Notes under the pieces: model-generated
Told to the model about the DNA's origin: nothing
What the model saw: the letters and a program-made list of their open reading frames with translations, nothing else
Databases searched by the model: none
Part shown: positions 23,185-36,250 of the stretch, one piece after another
Numbering within the stretch: position 1 is the stretch's first letter
Layout: each line of letters opens with the position of its first letter
Assembly (NCBI GenBank): GCA_040954595.2
Contig: CM082586.2
Coordinates: forward strand, 7,223,337 to 7,287,336
Length of the DNA stretch: 64,000 nt
DNA from: Balanoglossus misakiensis
Taxonomy: Eukaryota > Animalia > Hemichordata
Reading direction: 5' to 3'
Made by a program: the position numbers and the translations under genes

Positions 23185-26100
23185 TCATCTGGCGCTGGTG
23201 TCTGGCAGACAGAGTCCTTCATCAACAAGCAGCTGTCCAATAAACACGTCCTCCGTCTCGTCGGAGGTGTCGTACAGGTGGACTTTGACGTGAGTGTCTC
23301 GATCCTCCAGACTCTTCTCCACAATCTGGGCGACCAATTCTTGGCGGTATGCCAGCTCAAAGAATCGGTTCACTGCTTGGTCTGAATACCGAGCTCCTGT
23401 TGGCTTCACGCCTGCAAAAAACGAAAGAAAAGAAATTAAAAATTCCTGAATCAGAACAGTTTCACAATATGGGCAACAGAACACTTGTGTCATGATTTTG
23501 TATTAACCTTATGCGTATAGCCTATAATTACTTTTGACTTATTTTTTATCCATATACCGGTATATTGTTTTAGAAACTAGCCTTTACTGAATCATGTATA
23601 CACCAAACATTCTTGTACAATGTTGACTCCCCTTTACAGAATTCTGTAATAGTGCACTTTCAGTGTTACCCTACCTTACCATACACACGCACGTACACAC
23701 ACACACACACATACTGTAAAACACTTTATTTTCGCGAGCAATAATTTTTCGCGAAATACGCGAGAGCCAAAATAGCGTGAAAATAAAAAGTCGCGTAAAT
23801 TGATTTTGAAGATAACGATGCAGTGATGAAATAAGAGAACATGAAAATTAATACTCGCGAAACAGTGGCCTCTCTCGATATCGCGAAAATTTTGACTCGT
23901 GAAATTAAAGGGTTTTACAGTATACATACCGTATATACAAACATACCCACACAGATACACACACACAAAAACTAAACCCACCAGCCAGTGACGCGGTGAT
24001 AGCTTGGAACGGCAACTTTCTGAACTCGGAAACCAATGGTTGGATGTTCTCCACAGCCACAACGTCAAAGTGTCCAAGATCCAACATGTACATCGCCACC
24101 ATGTTATCATTGAGGATTGTCTTCAATTGAATCCTGTACCAGTGTTCATCGTCGTCGTAGAGGGCAGCATAGATCCCTCCAACTTTCAACTCCGGACATT
24201 TATACACCTAATTGATCAACAGATAACCATACATTTTGTATTACTTGTATTTGCATCAGTTTGTCATCTCTTTGCATTAAAGGCCATCTCGATCCCAGGG
24301 CAGAACAATGAAGGCAAATAAGAAATCCTTTGTGTTAGCACGTAACTGTTTATTGGAAACAAAAGATTTGACCCACTGTTGAGAAGGGCCTTAACACACA
24401 CCACGATAATTGTGTACTCTTTGTGTGGAGGTAAATTCAAATTGCAACATACAGCCACATCGGGTATTGATAAGAAAGATGTAGATCTTATTTAGATGGG
24501 CCAATCTAAGTTGAAAAGTAAAATAATGCAAAAAAGTGGCAGCTCTTGGGGCTTTAACTGAACTATGATATCAGGATGTATGAACACTCAAGTGAAGAAA
24601 AATGCTGTAACAACTTACATGGTTTGTGTAGAACATTTTCATCTTTTCAACGAGGTTGTTCAGGTCGTCATAGGAACTCCACGGCTGACACTGTGAAGAT
24701 AGAAAGAAAACAACATTAATATGCGAGTTTACGGGCCAACCACAAAAGAAATCTTCCAGGACTTTCCTCGTAATTTTCACTTTTGAACATTTTCCAGAAG
24801 CAAATGAACCCCGAGTTTTTTGTTTGTGGTAAGCACCGTACTTCCCAAGATCAACCACTCGATTTCTCACCCGGAAAGAGTTTGGATCCGTCACCAGGGA
24901 GACGTGAATGTCCATGAATTCTCCAACATCCGGAATGGTCAGCACTGGTGGGAGCAACAGCTTATCGTAATCTCTGATCTCATCTATCTCGTCGCCTCGC
25001 GAGCGGACGACATCATCCGCAACGCTGGACGCATCAGTGAGCACCCTCAGTTTCGCAATCCCTTCCTGGATACTGTTGTTCTCCCCGTCGCCATGGCTAC
25101 TGGAAGCACTGTTGTCCACGTCACCATGGCTACTGGAAGCACTGCTTTTACCCAGCTGCTGTGCTGCCACTTTTCCAGTCTGATTGTTTGTTTTGTCGCC
25201 GCCGGAGTTACGAAGTTCATAGGTAACCGACGACGTATCTGAATCTGATGGCAGGGGCACGTCAGCCCCATCGATGAATCTTCCAGCTCTGAAATGTAAT
25301 CAATTCATTAAATAATATCACTTTCGATAATATAAGGAATTTATGCCCACAATTATCACACAGCCAAGTATAAAGAACACTTCCTTCACAAGTTTTACTT
25401 ACAATGATGGGCCGTGTTCCTGCAGCAACAGTTCGTTGACACTGCACTCATTGCCTTCTATGTACAGTTCAACAGTGGCTGGGTTTTCTTTGGTCCTCTC
25501 TTGTAAAACCTGACAAATTAAAAAAAATTAATTCATGAAGTAAGACGCAAAAATGGTATGCATGGTTGATGGAATTGACGGATGGAAATTGATACAGGAA
25601 GTAGCTGATTTTCACACTGGAATTAGGCTCCTCGTCTAATTACATACTATTAAACATGTTATTTTCGCGACAAGAAATTTTCGCGACTCATCAAAAGAGG
25701 CAACTGTTTTCGCAAGTATTAATTTTTTGTGTTCTCTTATTTCATTTACTGCATCGTTATCTCCTAAAAACATTTTACGCAACTTTTTATTTTCATGTTA
25801 TTTTGGCTCTCGTGTATTTCGCAAAAAATTATTGCTCGCAAAAGTGTTTTACAGTATTACAACGGCCAGTGACTACATCCAATACTCAGCGTTTCAAGAT
25901 CAAGTTCTCGCTGACTAATTACAATAACTGACCTTGATCTGAATGGTTTCATTGGTCGGCACCATATCTATGAGTGCTTTCGACAGATCACTGTTGTCCA
26001 CCTTGGCTTGCACTAAGCTGGACATCCCTGCCAGCTGGCATTCGATCGACTGGTATGGCAGTTTTCTGATGTGTTGATTTTCCTTGGTCGGTTCTCTCAA

Positions 26101-29100
26101 GTTGGATACGGAGATCACTTCACAGTTGCCATAGTCCACATACAACACTTCAACCTGAACAATTGCAGAAGATATAACTTTTATTTTGAGTAGATTTTTC
26201 CCTTCTTTGATTTTGAAGGCACATTTTGAGTGGATACTGCCAGAAAAAAAAAACAAATACCGGGTCTACCAGTACATGGAACCTGTGAGGGCGCTCCAAC
26301 AGTCGGTTAAAGGTCATGGCACCATTATTCAAATACTTCTGATTTCCATAAATGCTTATTAACACATCTGAACAATTAATACCTTCTTGAATGGCAGCAC
26401 TTGTTTCACAATGGCTCTGTACCAGTTACCGTCCATCGGGTACTTTGCGCAGTACAGTTTGCCAACATGCGGTCTGGCGACAAACTCTTCTGCACCTGTG
26501 GGCTGAGGAATCAATTAGGTACAATGGGAACGACCAGATTTAATACAAGATGAAAGTATCTGCATGTAGCATATATACTCAGAGTGTGAGGGCATTTTAT
26601 CAAGACATAACCAGTACATCAAATTCTGACAGTTATGGCCCCTTCCACCATCATGGTTTAGTCCAAAACCACTGTTTTCTATGGTAACGTTGGACCTTCT
26701 ACAGACAGAACTGGGGGTGAAAAGGTTAACGAATAAACTAACGGCAATGTGACAGTTTTCCTGTGACATGATTCCCTCCGTAAGCAAACAGTCTACCTGC
26801 AAGAAACTCACAAGAATTCTCCACACTGCTTACCTTGGTGTAATGTAACCTGATATCATTCATCAATTCATCCAACCTGTCCAATCCAGTGCCTTGTATC
26901 TGAACGGCGATGATGCCATCGTCCCCCACATGACTCACGATTCCAGTCACCTGACCACCAGCCTAAATTACAATGAAACATTTATATCAGTTGGCATTAC
27001 AACTCTGAAGTACTGTAAAACACTTTATTTTCGCGAGCAATAAATTTTCGCCAAATACGCGAGAGCCAAAATAGCGTGAAAATAAAAAGTCGCGTAAATT
27101 GCTTTTGAAGATATGCAGTGAATGAAATAAGAGAACGTGAAAATTAATACTCGCGAAACAGTGGCCTCTCTCGATATCGTGGAAAATTTAACTCACGAAA
27201 AATAAAGTGTTTTACAGTATATAACCTCCTGTTTCTCTACGAAATGCAAAGTCTGGTTTCACCTGTTCTTGTCAGCGATTTGCTCTTAAAAGGAATACGA
27301 TCACCTATGCAAATTTAGCTACAGTTACCATGGCAAATTGAGATCTAGCCAATCACAGATTTTCAGTGGGTGGCACACGCGAAACAAAGAGCACCACCAT
27401 ACGTTCTTTAGAACACTCAAATACACCATTTCAGCCATATATGGGCGTATTCAAAATTGAGGTGACCATATACCTTTAACATAATGACATTCTGATCATA
27501 ATTATTGTTTATCAAATGCACACGCACGCACACACGCACGCACACACACACACACACACATCATGCATGCCTAGTACCTGTGGTAGTTTTGGAGTGAGTT
27601 CTTCATCTGCTATCAGTTTCAGACACACTTCATTTATACTGACATCCTCATCAGTAGATGTGTCTATAAGTTCTACTATGATACTTTCCTCCCTGTAAAA
27701 AAAAACAGTATAATTATTAATCATTCTTCGTTACATATTCATTTGTTTCTTCATAATGTTCAGCATCTGCAAAATTACCCAAGACAAAGAAGAGATATCA
27801 CAACAGATAATATTAATTCTTACCTCTGAACTACATATGCTACAAACACTTTGCCGAGGGCCATGTCAATGAGCTTCTCTAACACTTTCTCATTTTGACT
27901 AAACTGTTCCAAACTTGCCAGAGTGCATGTGATTGCCTTGAAACAAACACAAACCATTCAATCATCAATTACCGTATATAAAAAATATAGTTTCATGAAA
28001 ATAGCTTCTATACACAACAAAACAAGATGGGGGACGAAAAGTTAGGGCAAAAAAGACATCACCCAATAACATACCTGACTTGCTAGCTGCCTGAACTTTG
28101 AAGGTAGTGGTTTCACTTGAGCCATTTCCACATTCTCGCTATCACCATGGTCAATATACTTTACTTTGACCTGTCAAGCACACATGAAAAACAATCATAT
28201 GATTTCGTACTTTGAGGGCATTACTGATTTCAAACAGTTGGTAGAACAGTTCTCCAATGAAGATTGGCTCAGTCTATCTATATTCTCGTTATGCGTACAC
28301 AATACAACAATAAAATCTTGAATTTGAACTCTCACCATCTGCTCATCTGTTTCCAGTACTGAGACTCTGAAGAAGGCACCCTCAGACATGATGGCGTACA
28401 CCTCATCAAGAGACACATCGTGGACACTCTCACTATTCTCTGTGTAATATTTCAGCATTTCATCCTCCAAGTCATCCAGTTTATCCTGTGTTTGAGACAA
28501 ACACACAACCAGCTGTCTATGAACATTGCGTGTACACCCAGATTCAAAAATGTACATTGTTGGTATTTTAAATTGGTTGCTACAGTTACACATCCTGCTA
28601 GTACTCCTAGACAGGGGGTGTATTGTATATCCCCTGAGTGGGAAATCAAATCAACGGTAGACAACTCCTTAACAAAACACAAGCAACAAACTGGTTAATT
28701 CTTCTTGTCAGTTTTTTTCTTTCTGAAATAAAAATCATACATTTCTTTTGTTTTAATTAAAGAAAAACAATCTGGACACAATGTGGAAGACTATGATATA
28801 GCCAGTGATACTCACAGAGTAGTCTGGTCCAACAAGTCGCAGACAAATATCATTGACGTTGCCCACATAGGATACGTAAACATCCCAGTACTGCGATGAT
28901 GGGCAGACCAGTTCTGGAGGGGTTTCACAGTCGCCTTCGCCACTGAGTAGTTTGTTGACATTCTTCCCTGCCTTGTTCATCACTTCCACTGAACACGCGT
29001 TGTCTGAAATGAGGTTACTTAATTAAATATAACATATTGACATTTTGTTACATTGGAAAAGTACATTTTCACATTCTCATTCAATCCCCCCACCCCCACA

Positions 29101-32100
29101 GAAGACTGATGCAAAAGCTGACAGAATTACTGTAAAACACGTTATTTTCGCGAGCAATAAATTTTTGCGAAATACACGAGAGCCAAAATAGCGTAAATTT
29201 TTTTTGAAGATAACGATGCAGTGAATGAAATAAGAGAACGCGAAAATTAATACTCGCGAAACAGTGGCCTCTCTCGATATCGCGAAAATATCAACTCGCG
29301 AAAATAAAGTGTTTTACAGTATACCCACCTGTATATTCTACGACATTCATTGTAATTGCATCGTCACCGGCCGTCAATTCTTTGAATTTATCCAACATTT
29401 CCTTGCTACATGCGTTTGAAAATGCCTGCGAAGTGAAGAAGTTGATTTTATTTGCTTTGAGGTCAATCGACACACTACTGTCCATCAATTATGTCTCCTT
29501 CAAACTGTCTGTCCTTTCAAGATAAACTGAATCAGTATCAACCAATCAAAATCAACGATTTATGGGTGTTTGATGAATAAATTAATAATCCCACCTGCCC
29601 ATGTAGCTGACACCTCAAGACTTGCGCCGACATTTTGGCGCATTCTGGTACGAGTACCCTCATGTTGCCCGCAGAAACTTTGGCCGTGTTTCCGAAGTCA
29701 ATGTACTGCACGCAGTACTTTGCAATTTTCTATAAGAGACAAATAGTACTATGAGCAAGTATAGTAGTTTATACCTAGGTAAGCGAGCCACTCAATCCAC
29801 AAATGGGAGGCAAATTGAAAAATGAGGTATGTCTGCCATCGCATGGTCATGAGAGCACTTTGACATTATACATCAGACTTGAAAATCATCAGATGGTACA
29901 ACTACTACCTTTCAATAATCAAACTGCTCTGTTAGAGGTAATTTGTGATTCATATCCACATATACTGGTGACTAGAAACTTGAACTGTATGCCAACAACA
30001 ACATGTACACTGCTCCGGAAAAGGGTATAACAAACACCCATACTTTTTGCACAAGGATCACGACAGACCTCCTGTCCAGGGCTTGCCATATGATCTGGAC
30101 AGGATGACATTAACACTTATTACGATCAATTCGCAAATCAATACCTGTGATTCTGTGTATTCTGTCTGATGTGGATGGACGTAGAGTCTCTGAGAGGCTT
30201 TGCTGTGACACTCCAGAATGACGGCGCGACACCAACAGTTATCAGGCTCATACAACGCCATGCAGTAATCACCTTTGCTAAATGCAGACACCAGTGGTGG
30301 TAATCTCTCCTCACACTGCAATAAATCAAAGTTTCCATTGTTTTCTTTCCATAAAAATATTGGATTATCAAAAGGTTTTTACTGTATGCTAGGGGGTCAA
30401 ATCACATTATAATAATTGCTTTCTGGGTAAAAGGTTGACAACTCACTGTAATAAGAGCCTACTAATAAGTTAGGGAGAATTGAAACCATCATCACAGAAT
30501 ATTAAACACATAATCTCCAAGTGGTTTTGCATAAGGCATACTAGTATTTGTTTATTTCTTTACAAACTAAACTCTCTTACGAATACACTAAAATTCTCCT
30601 TGTGAAAATTACTCACTCCATATTTTTCTGTAATGAGGTCCATGAGACTGTTAATATCTGGGTCACTGTAGTGGACATAAAACTCGGAACAGCTCTCAAT
30701 GTGAGAGATATACACTTGGCATGAAGACCTAGTAAAAAAGTACAAGAAAGGGTAGTAAGCATACAGTTTCTGCTATCAGACCAGAATTACACAGAAAAAA
30801 CTATGTTCTTGCAGATAATGACTTACCCTTGTTGTGGATTTTCTGCTGATTTCACTCTTGGTCTGTCACATGCTACCACATTCAGCTTCTAGAGTAAAGA
30901 GAATTTGTTTTGAAAAAAAAAATTCTAGGTCAAAATTATTTTTCTTTTTGACACGTCATGAAGTTTACGGTTTTCGAGATACCAATTTTCTTTTTACACA
31001 CACACAAAAATTCAACTGCGATCACTTACCTCTATTCCAGCGGCCAACTCGTCACCCACACTCCCCCTGTCTGACACACTTCGCCGACTTTCCCCACTTG
31101 TTGGAGACACAACTGTTGTAATTTGTAAATCGTATTTCATGCGAATGTTATCTTCGTCTAGCTGTCTACTCCCGGAGAGCCCGCTGCCGGTCTTCTGAAT
31201 GTCGGAGGACTGCATCCGTGGCCTCATTTCCGGCTTTTCCAACACTGGGTACAGAATGATCTTGTCATGATGCCTGGTTGAGACAAGATTTAAAAAGAAC
31301 TTTAATTGTCTCCGACAGAGAAATTTCAGCACATCTCACGAATACCAGAACAGATAAAACACACACATTGTAAAACAATGGTATCTTTTATGATTATTAA
31401 TATTTTCCAGCAGCATGTGAAGCAGCATCAAATTTTCCAGCAGTTATTTTCAATTTTTCAAGAATTGACTTAAAACAATAACTTAGTACTTTTAAGCATT
31501 GTATGAAGCCTGGGATCTTGTTTTCCAGAGCTCAAACCTAATTTTCCCTATATGCTTTAACCCTTTCCACCCCCAGTTCCCTCTTTAGATGTCCAACCTT
31601 ACCACTGAAAACAATGGCTTCGGACTGAACCATAGTGATAAAAGGGGTATATACTCACCTTTCCATTTTCACGATGTCCTGCCAGTCTTGTATCCTTTCC
31701 AGGATATCTGCCGGGGGATCTTCCTCGTATTTCTTCCGGTATTCAAACACAAATCTGGTCGACCACAAACCATTGGGTTTGGCGCTCATCAGCTGTATTT
31801 CAGAGCACAACGGACACATTGATGGGGAAATTGGTTCTTGACAAAACAATGTCAGTTCTAAGTTTAATAAGTCTGTAAGTTGAGATATTGCACCATCTGC
31901 CTTGAATGATCAGCAGTCATCCGATTTAAAATTTAGCAATTTACTCTTTCAAGTACAGTCTTTTTTACCTCTTTAACTTTTTGAGCAAGAACTCTGTCCT
32001 CTTCATCTCCAGATGGAACTGTCAGTCTTTTAGTAACCCTTGTGATCTCTTTCTCCGGGACCCGATCTGTGACTAAAATTCAATATACCAACAGCTAAAA

Positions 32101-35100
32101 AAGTGCTTGTCAATTATAATTTAAACCACAGTCGACATTCAGCCTTGCGACGTGACAATATGGAACTCACAACAAAAGGCAATTTTTCTCAACAAAACTG
32201 TTCACACACAAACAAATCGCGTCTGACCAGTAGTTCTTGAGTTACGGAGTTTTGCCCAAATTCACATTTTTCCAGCTAATTTGCATGTTGTTTTTGGCGA
32301 TGACAACTTCATTTGAACAAACTCCCATCTACAGCCCAGCCTGCATCAGCACACCAAATATCAAGGTGATACACGCAGCGGTTTTCAAGTTTTTGATGTG
32401 GACGGACATCCATCCATCCATCCATCCAAACATACATACAGACGCAACCGATCCCATAAGGTCCCATGGTACATACCAATAGGGCCCCAAAGAAAGACAT
32501 CTTACCCTCAAATTGACATTTCTCCAGATTAACGAATCTGGACACGTCCTCGAATAACGCCGTGACGGCCGCTTTCGCAGCAAAGTTCTCCGCTTCCTTC
32601 TTTGTGTTTGCCGTCTCTCTGTTGACGTACTTGATCCCACCCACCTCCAGAGTGCACACAAAGTCGAAGGCTGGCGACTGATAAGTCGTGTACACAGCCT
32701 GCATATTCCATTTCTTTTGGCAATACGTGTTCAACACAGACTTGTACTGTGGTATTCCTAGAGACAGAAAAAACAGAGACAAAATAGTTTCAAACAGTCT
32801 GAAGTGCATTAAACATGATTATACAACTACCAGCATCAATGCTTCATACAGTCACCATCAAAAATTATAAACACAAAAAATTACACACACACGCATGCAC
32901 ACATACATCTATTAATCCATCACACACACAAACACACACACACACACATACATATATACAAATTACACATTATATACAAGAGGAAAAAGACTTTGACTGA
33001 AATTCCAACACTCACACTATCCATTTAACCCTTTCACCCCCAGTTTCCTCTTAAGAGGTCCAACTTTGCCACAGAAAACAATACATCTGGACTAGACCAC
33101 TGCGGTGAAAGGGTTATAACTTCCCCAGAACCACAAGACAGAATACCTTTTAATACTCTCTCCACTTTGGGATCAGTAACCGAGTGTCTCCTCTCTTGAC
33201 CAGATCCATCCGACAGTGGAGACACGCTGTTGCTGCTGTCCCTTCTGGTGAGCTGCGTCGTCCCCCCGTTCGTCTTCTTAAACCGTGGTGGCACTTCGTA
33301 TGTGGAGCCGTACTTAAACCCTGCGTAGCCACTGCTGGGTTTGGGTAAACTTTCACTAGGTAACGCTGATCTCATTGAATACTGTAGGGAATATATATAC
33401 AACCGTGTTTGAAATATTTCTTTATCCATTGATCGATGTGTTAAAAAGTACACCAGATAACATATGCTTATCTCATTGAATACTGTAGGGAAAGTATATT
33501 AGATAACACTGTTACAAGGAGTCTATTTTGTTTTCAGATTTCTTTCTGATCAACTCGCCATGCCAAAAGGCCCTAAAGAGAAAGATATAAATCGAAAAAA
33601 TGGCCTTTATATTTATGGTTTTAATATACAACACTCTAAGTACAGAACCAGATGGATAAGCGTTTTCATCAAGAGTAAAATGACATGATGTGTAAAATGT
33701 ATGAAAAGGTTCCTGCTGCAGTTAAAATTGCTATTTACCGTGGATGTTACATGTATAACAGATCTGAGTTTTTGTGGAGTGCCTGATGACTGTGAGTTGT
33801 AATATTTTGGTCTGGGGGTGGCCATTGGGCCATAGCGACTTGTAGAGGGACGACTGTAACTCCTCCTGGGTGTTGGGAAAGTCGGTCGTCTGAAAGACTT
33901 CACCTGGGAAAGAAAGGTACAGTTAAATAAGGCTTTTCACCCCCATTTCGTTCTGTAGAGGTCCAACTTTACCATAGAAAATAACAGATTTCGACAAAAC
34001 CACTGTGGTGAAAGATTTAGTCTTGCACTCAAAAATTTCTCTGATGTACCTTGCCACATTATTTAAAAAAAAAGAAAAGAAAACTCACATGTTCAAAAGA
34101 GCATACAGTGTGGTTTAACCATGAGCGTCATTGGGCAAAATTTCTTGTTTTGGATTTTGGCGCTATATAAACATTTGTTGATTGATTGGTTGGTTGGTTG
34201 GTTGGTTGATTATATATTTCTGAAAAATCTACACAATCAATGTTTGCAAAAAATTATTAACCATTCTTGACAATAATTATGCACCATCTACAAACCTTGT
34301 ATCCACTTCTTTTCTTGGCAGATTTCTGTCTTGAAATCAGCTTGGCCAAGTGAGCCGTACTTTTATCGGCGACAGCAAAATACACCTTCTCACCATCTCT
34401 GTTCCTGGAATAATCAAAAGAAGAGATTTCTCAACTCACTATGGAATCATACCCTGAATCTGAAGTCTGTAATCGAGTTGTAATGCTACTGTAAAACAAT
34501 TTATTTTCTCGAGTTGAAATTTTCGCAATATCGAGAGAGGCCACTGTTTCGCGAGTATTAATTTTCGCTTTCTCTTAATTTATTCACTGCGTCGTTATCT
34601 TCTAAAATAATTTACGCGACTTTTTATTTTTAAGCTATTTTGGCTCTCGCGGATTTCGCGAAAATTGATTGCTCGCGAAAATAAAGTGTTTTACAGTATA
34701 TCTTGAAGTGCATAAGTTAACAGACACGTGTCCAGACTTGGGCTGAGCTACTCCATTTGCCCCTAACAGAATATGGTACATTGTACACGCAGAGTTGTGA
34801 TCCTAAGAACCACCTTAGACTCCTTTCTTTCCATGGTCTGAGATAGCAATGAGAGAATGTGGTGAGGTGTCACATTGACAAAATAAATGTACGTACATTC
34901 TTGTCTCTACTGTGTCCGGGATGCTTTTCAAGTAGCCATCCAGGGATGTGAAACCAAGCTCTCGGAAAGGAACATTCTGACCAGTCATTTCGTAGTAATC
35001 CCCTGCAAAAATGAAGTTTTAGAATAATGAATGACAACATGGCCTTATTAAAAATATATGATGTTTAAGTACGCAAAAAATGTACATGTGAGATAGGGTA

Positions 35101-35329
35101 GGAAGGATGGCGGGGGAAATGTTTGACTTTTAAAAATATTTCTTGTGCATTTTGAAGGCATAATCACCATATTTGTTATTTCAGTGAGAACAGCTGTTTT
35201 TTATGAGACTACATGACAGGAAATGTCATTTTACTTACTGTTAAACCGTCTGCTGATAACGCCTTCTTTACTTGACTGAATCACAGCCCTTATCATCGAT
35301 TTTATCTGCTTGACTTTTGCCTCGTCCAT
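23185..35329 (-). CDS. TDRD7: Tudor domain-containing protein 7-like: eLOTUS, RS/low-complexity region, dsRBD, second LOTUS, four extended Tudor domains
   Basis: ATG at 35329. Exons 35329-35239, 35002-34897 and 34404-34296 give IKSMIRAVIQSSKEGV..DYYEMTGQNVPFRELGFTSLDGYLKSIP..AHLAKLISRQK (LOTUS with extension helix). Further exons: 33903-33739; 33381-33147; 32757-32506 (dsRBD); 32072-31969; ~31790-31660 (KPNGLWSTRF..EYRKKY, LOTUS2). Tudor motifs: WCRAVI/YIDFGN, FFRVSV/YIDHGD, WYRAIV/YVDYGN, WYRIQL/MLDLGH. Last exon ends LYDTSDETEDVFIGQLLVDEGLCLPDTSAR* at 23185. Confidence 0.9.
23712..23922. mobile_element. ~210-bp TA-flanked MITE (TIR CTGTAAAACAC-TTTATTTTCGCGAG), Tc1/mariner-pogo-like; copy 1, orientation A
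   Basis: ta-ctgtaaaacactttattttcgcgag...ttttacag-ta; 8 copies in the window. Confidence 0.9.
25645..25856. mobile_element. TA-MITE copy 2, orientation B
   Basis: Same family, reverse orientation, more diverged. Confidence 0.85.
26640..26729. mobile_element. CCCT/AGGG mini-MITE copy
   Basis: catggtttagtcc...ttttctatggtaacgttggacc...gaactgggggtgaaaaggttaa. Confidence 0.7.
27011..27219. mobile_element. TA-MITE copy 3, orientation A
   Basis: Intact TIRs and TA flanks. Confidence 0.9.
27286..27479. mobile_element. AGGTATACGGTCACC-TIR TTAA MITE copy
   Basis: Internal sequence matches 20626-20818; TTAA at both ends. Confidence 0.8.
29128..29321. mobile_element. TA-MITE copy 4, orientation A, small internal deletion
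   Basis: Intact TIRs; lies about 7 nt inside a TDRD7 intron from the donor. Confidence 0.9.
31557..31650. mobile_element. CCCT/AGGG mini-MITE copy
   Basis: ttaaccctttccacccccagttccctc...gtccaaccttacca...aaaagggg. Confidence 0.7.
32222..32490 (+). mobile_element. Helentron/HINE (DINE-1-like) non-autonomous element fragment: core, (CATC/CATA)n microsatellite, terminal hairpin
   Basis: About 270 bp shared in inverted orientation with 38044-38318; terminal stem-loop ggtcccatggtacataccaat(a/g)gg followed by an A-rich run. The superfamily call is inference. Confidence 0.6.
33025..33116. mobile_element. CCCT/AGGG mini-MITE copy
   Basis: ttaaccctttcacccccag...ggtgaaagggtta. Further degenerate copies at ~33933-34020, ~39767-39857 and ~60688-60779. 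Confidence 0.75.
34487..34698. mobile_element. TA-MITE copy 5, orientation B
   Basis: Intact TIRs and TA flanks. Confidence 0.9.
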
Positions 35330-35699
35330 GGTGCTGTCTCCAATGCGGGAATGGCACAACCTGAACTACTACCACTGACCAGTAAGAACTGGTGAAATGA
35401 ATTACAGAGGAAAGAATGTTTTAGCACACCTGTATTTTTGTCTCTTAAAGTACCCATTGTATAATTTTTTATAGAACCTCGGACATTATGTTATTTGGCA
35501 CTTTTGAGATTGCGTCTGTATGAAACTGACACCATCCACCTGAAAATCGATCTTGTCATTCATAATTATTGGAGCCATATTTCATTCGTATCAATCTCTT
35601 TTATGACTTTTCGTCTTTCGAAGAAAACAGAATCAAAGACACTCTCGACGAATATGCAACAGAAAAAGTACACAAGACTTGAAATGTCAAACGATGGCA

Positions 35700-36250
35700 A
35701 TGACACTGGTAGTACTGAGATGAGAGAGGCGACTGCCAGTAATCAATCACAGCTTCATCATGGTGGTGGGCGGTGGCCAAAACGTCCGTTGTTGCCCTAT
35801 GTGTACCTCTGTTTCATGGTAACGGTGGCCACTACTTTTATATATAACATTAGGAAACATACCTAGGGCTTTGGTTCCTTGTCGAATCACTTTTCACTGA
35901 GAAAACACTACAAATTCGGTAAAAGATTAACTGTATGGACCTCTCCGCATGCTTTTGAGGATTTTCTAAAAGTTGACCTCATGAGGGCGATGTTCCGTCC
36001 TACATGGTTAATCGAGGTCAAACATGGCCGACGTACAGATTGATTACTACTGGTGTCTCTCTCGGACTTTGGGGCGTTTTTAGCCGTTTCTAAGGTAGGT
36101 GCGGCTTCGAGGACCAAGACATGGTCTCTTGTTATATTCATAATTCTAATAGCCTAGCAGTATGCGCGCAAGGTAAGCTCGATCGTGCGCGATGAGTCTC
36201 GTTAAGTTGACAGCCAGCGTCGACTCTATGTTGGCAATAAAGTCGCTGGC
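35700..36250. promoter_or_regulatory. Putative bidirectional promoter region for TDRD7 and EXTL3
   Basis: CpG-richer patch. Minus-strand donor-like site (TAG|GTATGT, ~35861) upstream of the TDRD7 acceptor at 35361; plus-strand donor-like AAG|GTAAGC at ~36171. No coding gene was recognised between here and the EXTL3 acceptor at 47741. Confidence 0.35.

Noticed and set aside
21928-23185. Possible overlapping antisense 3' UTRs of CHID1 and TDRD7
   Set aside because: Candidate polyA signals (plus strand ~22029 and ~22726; minus strand ~22868) do not require overlap.
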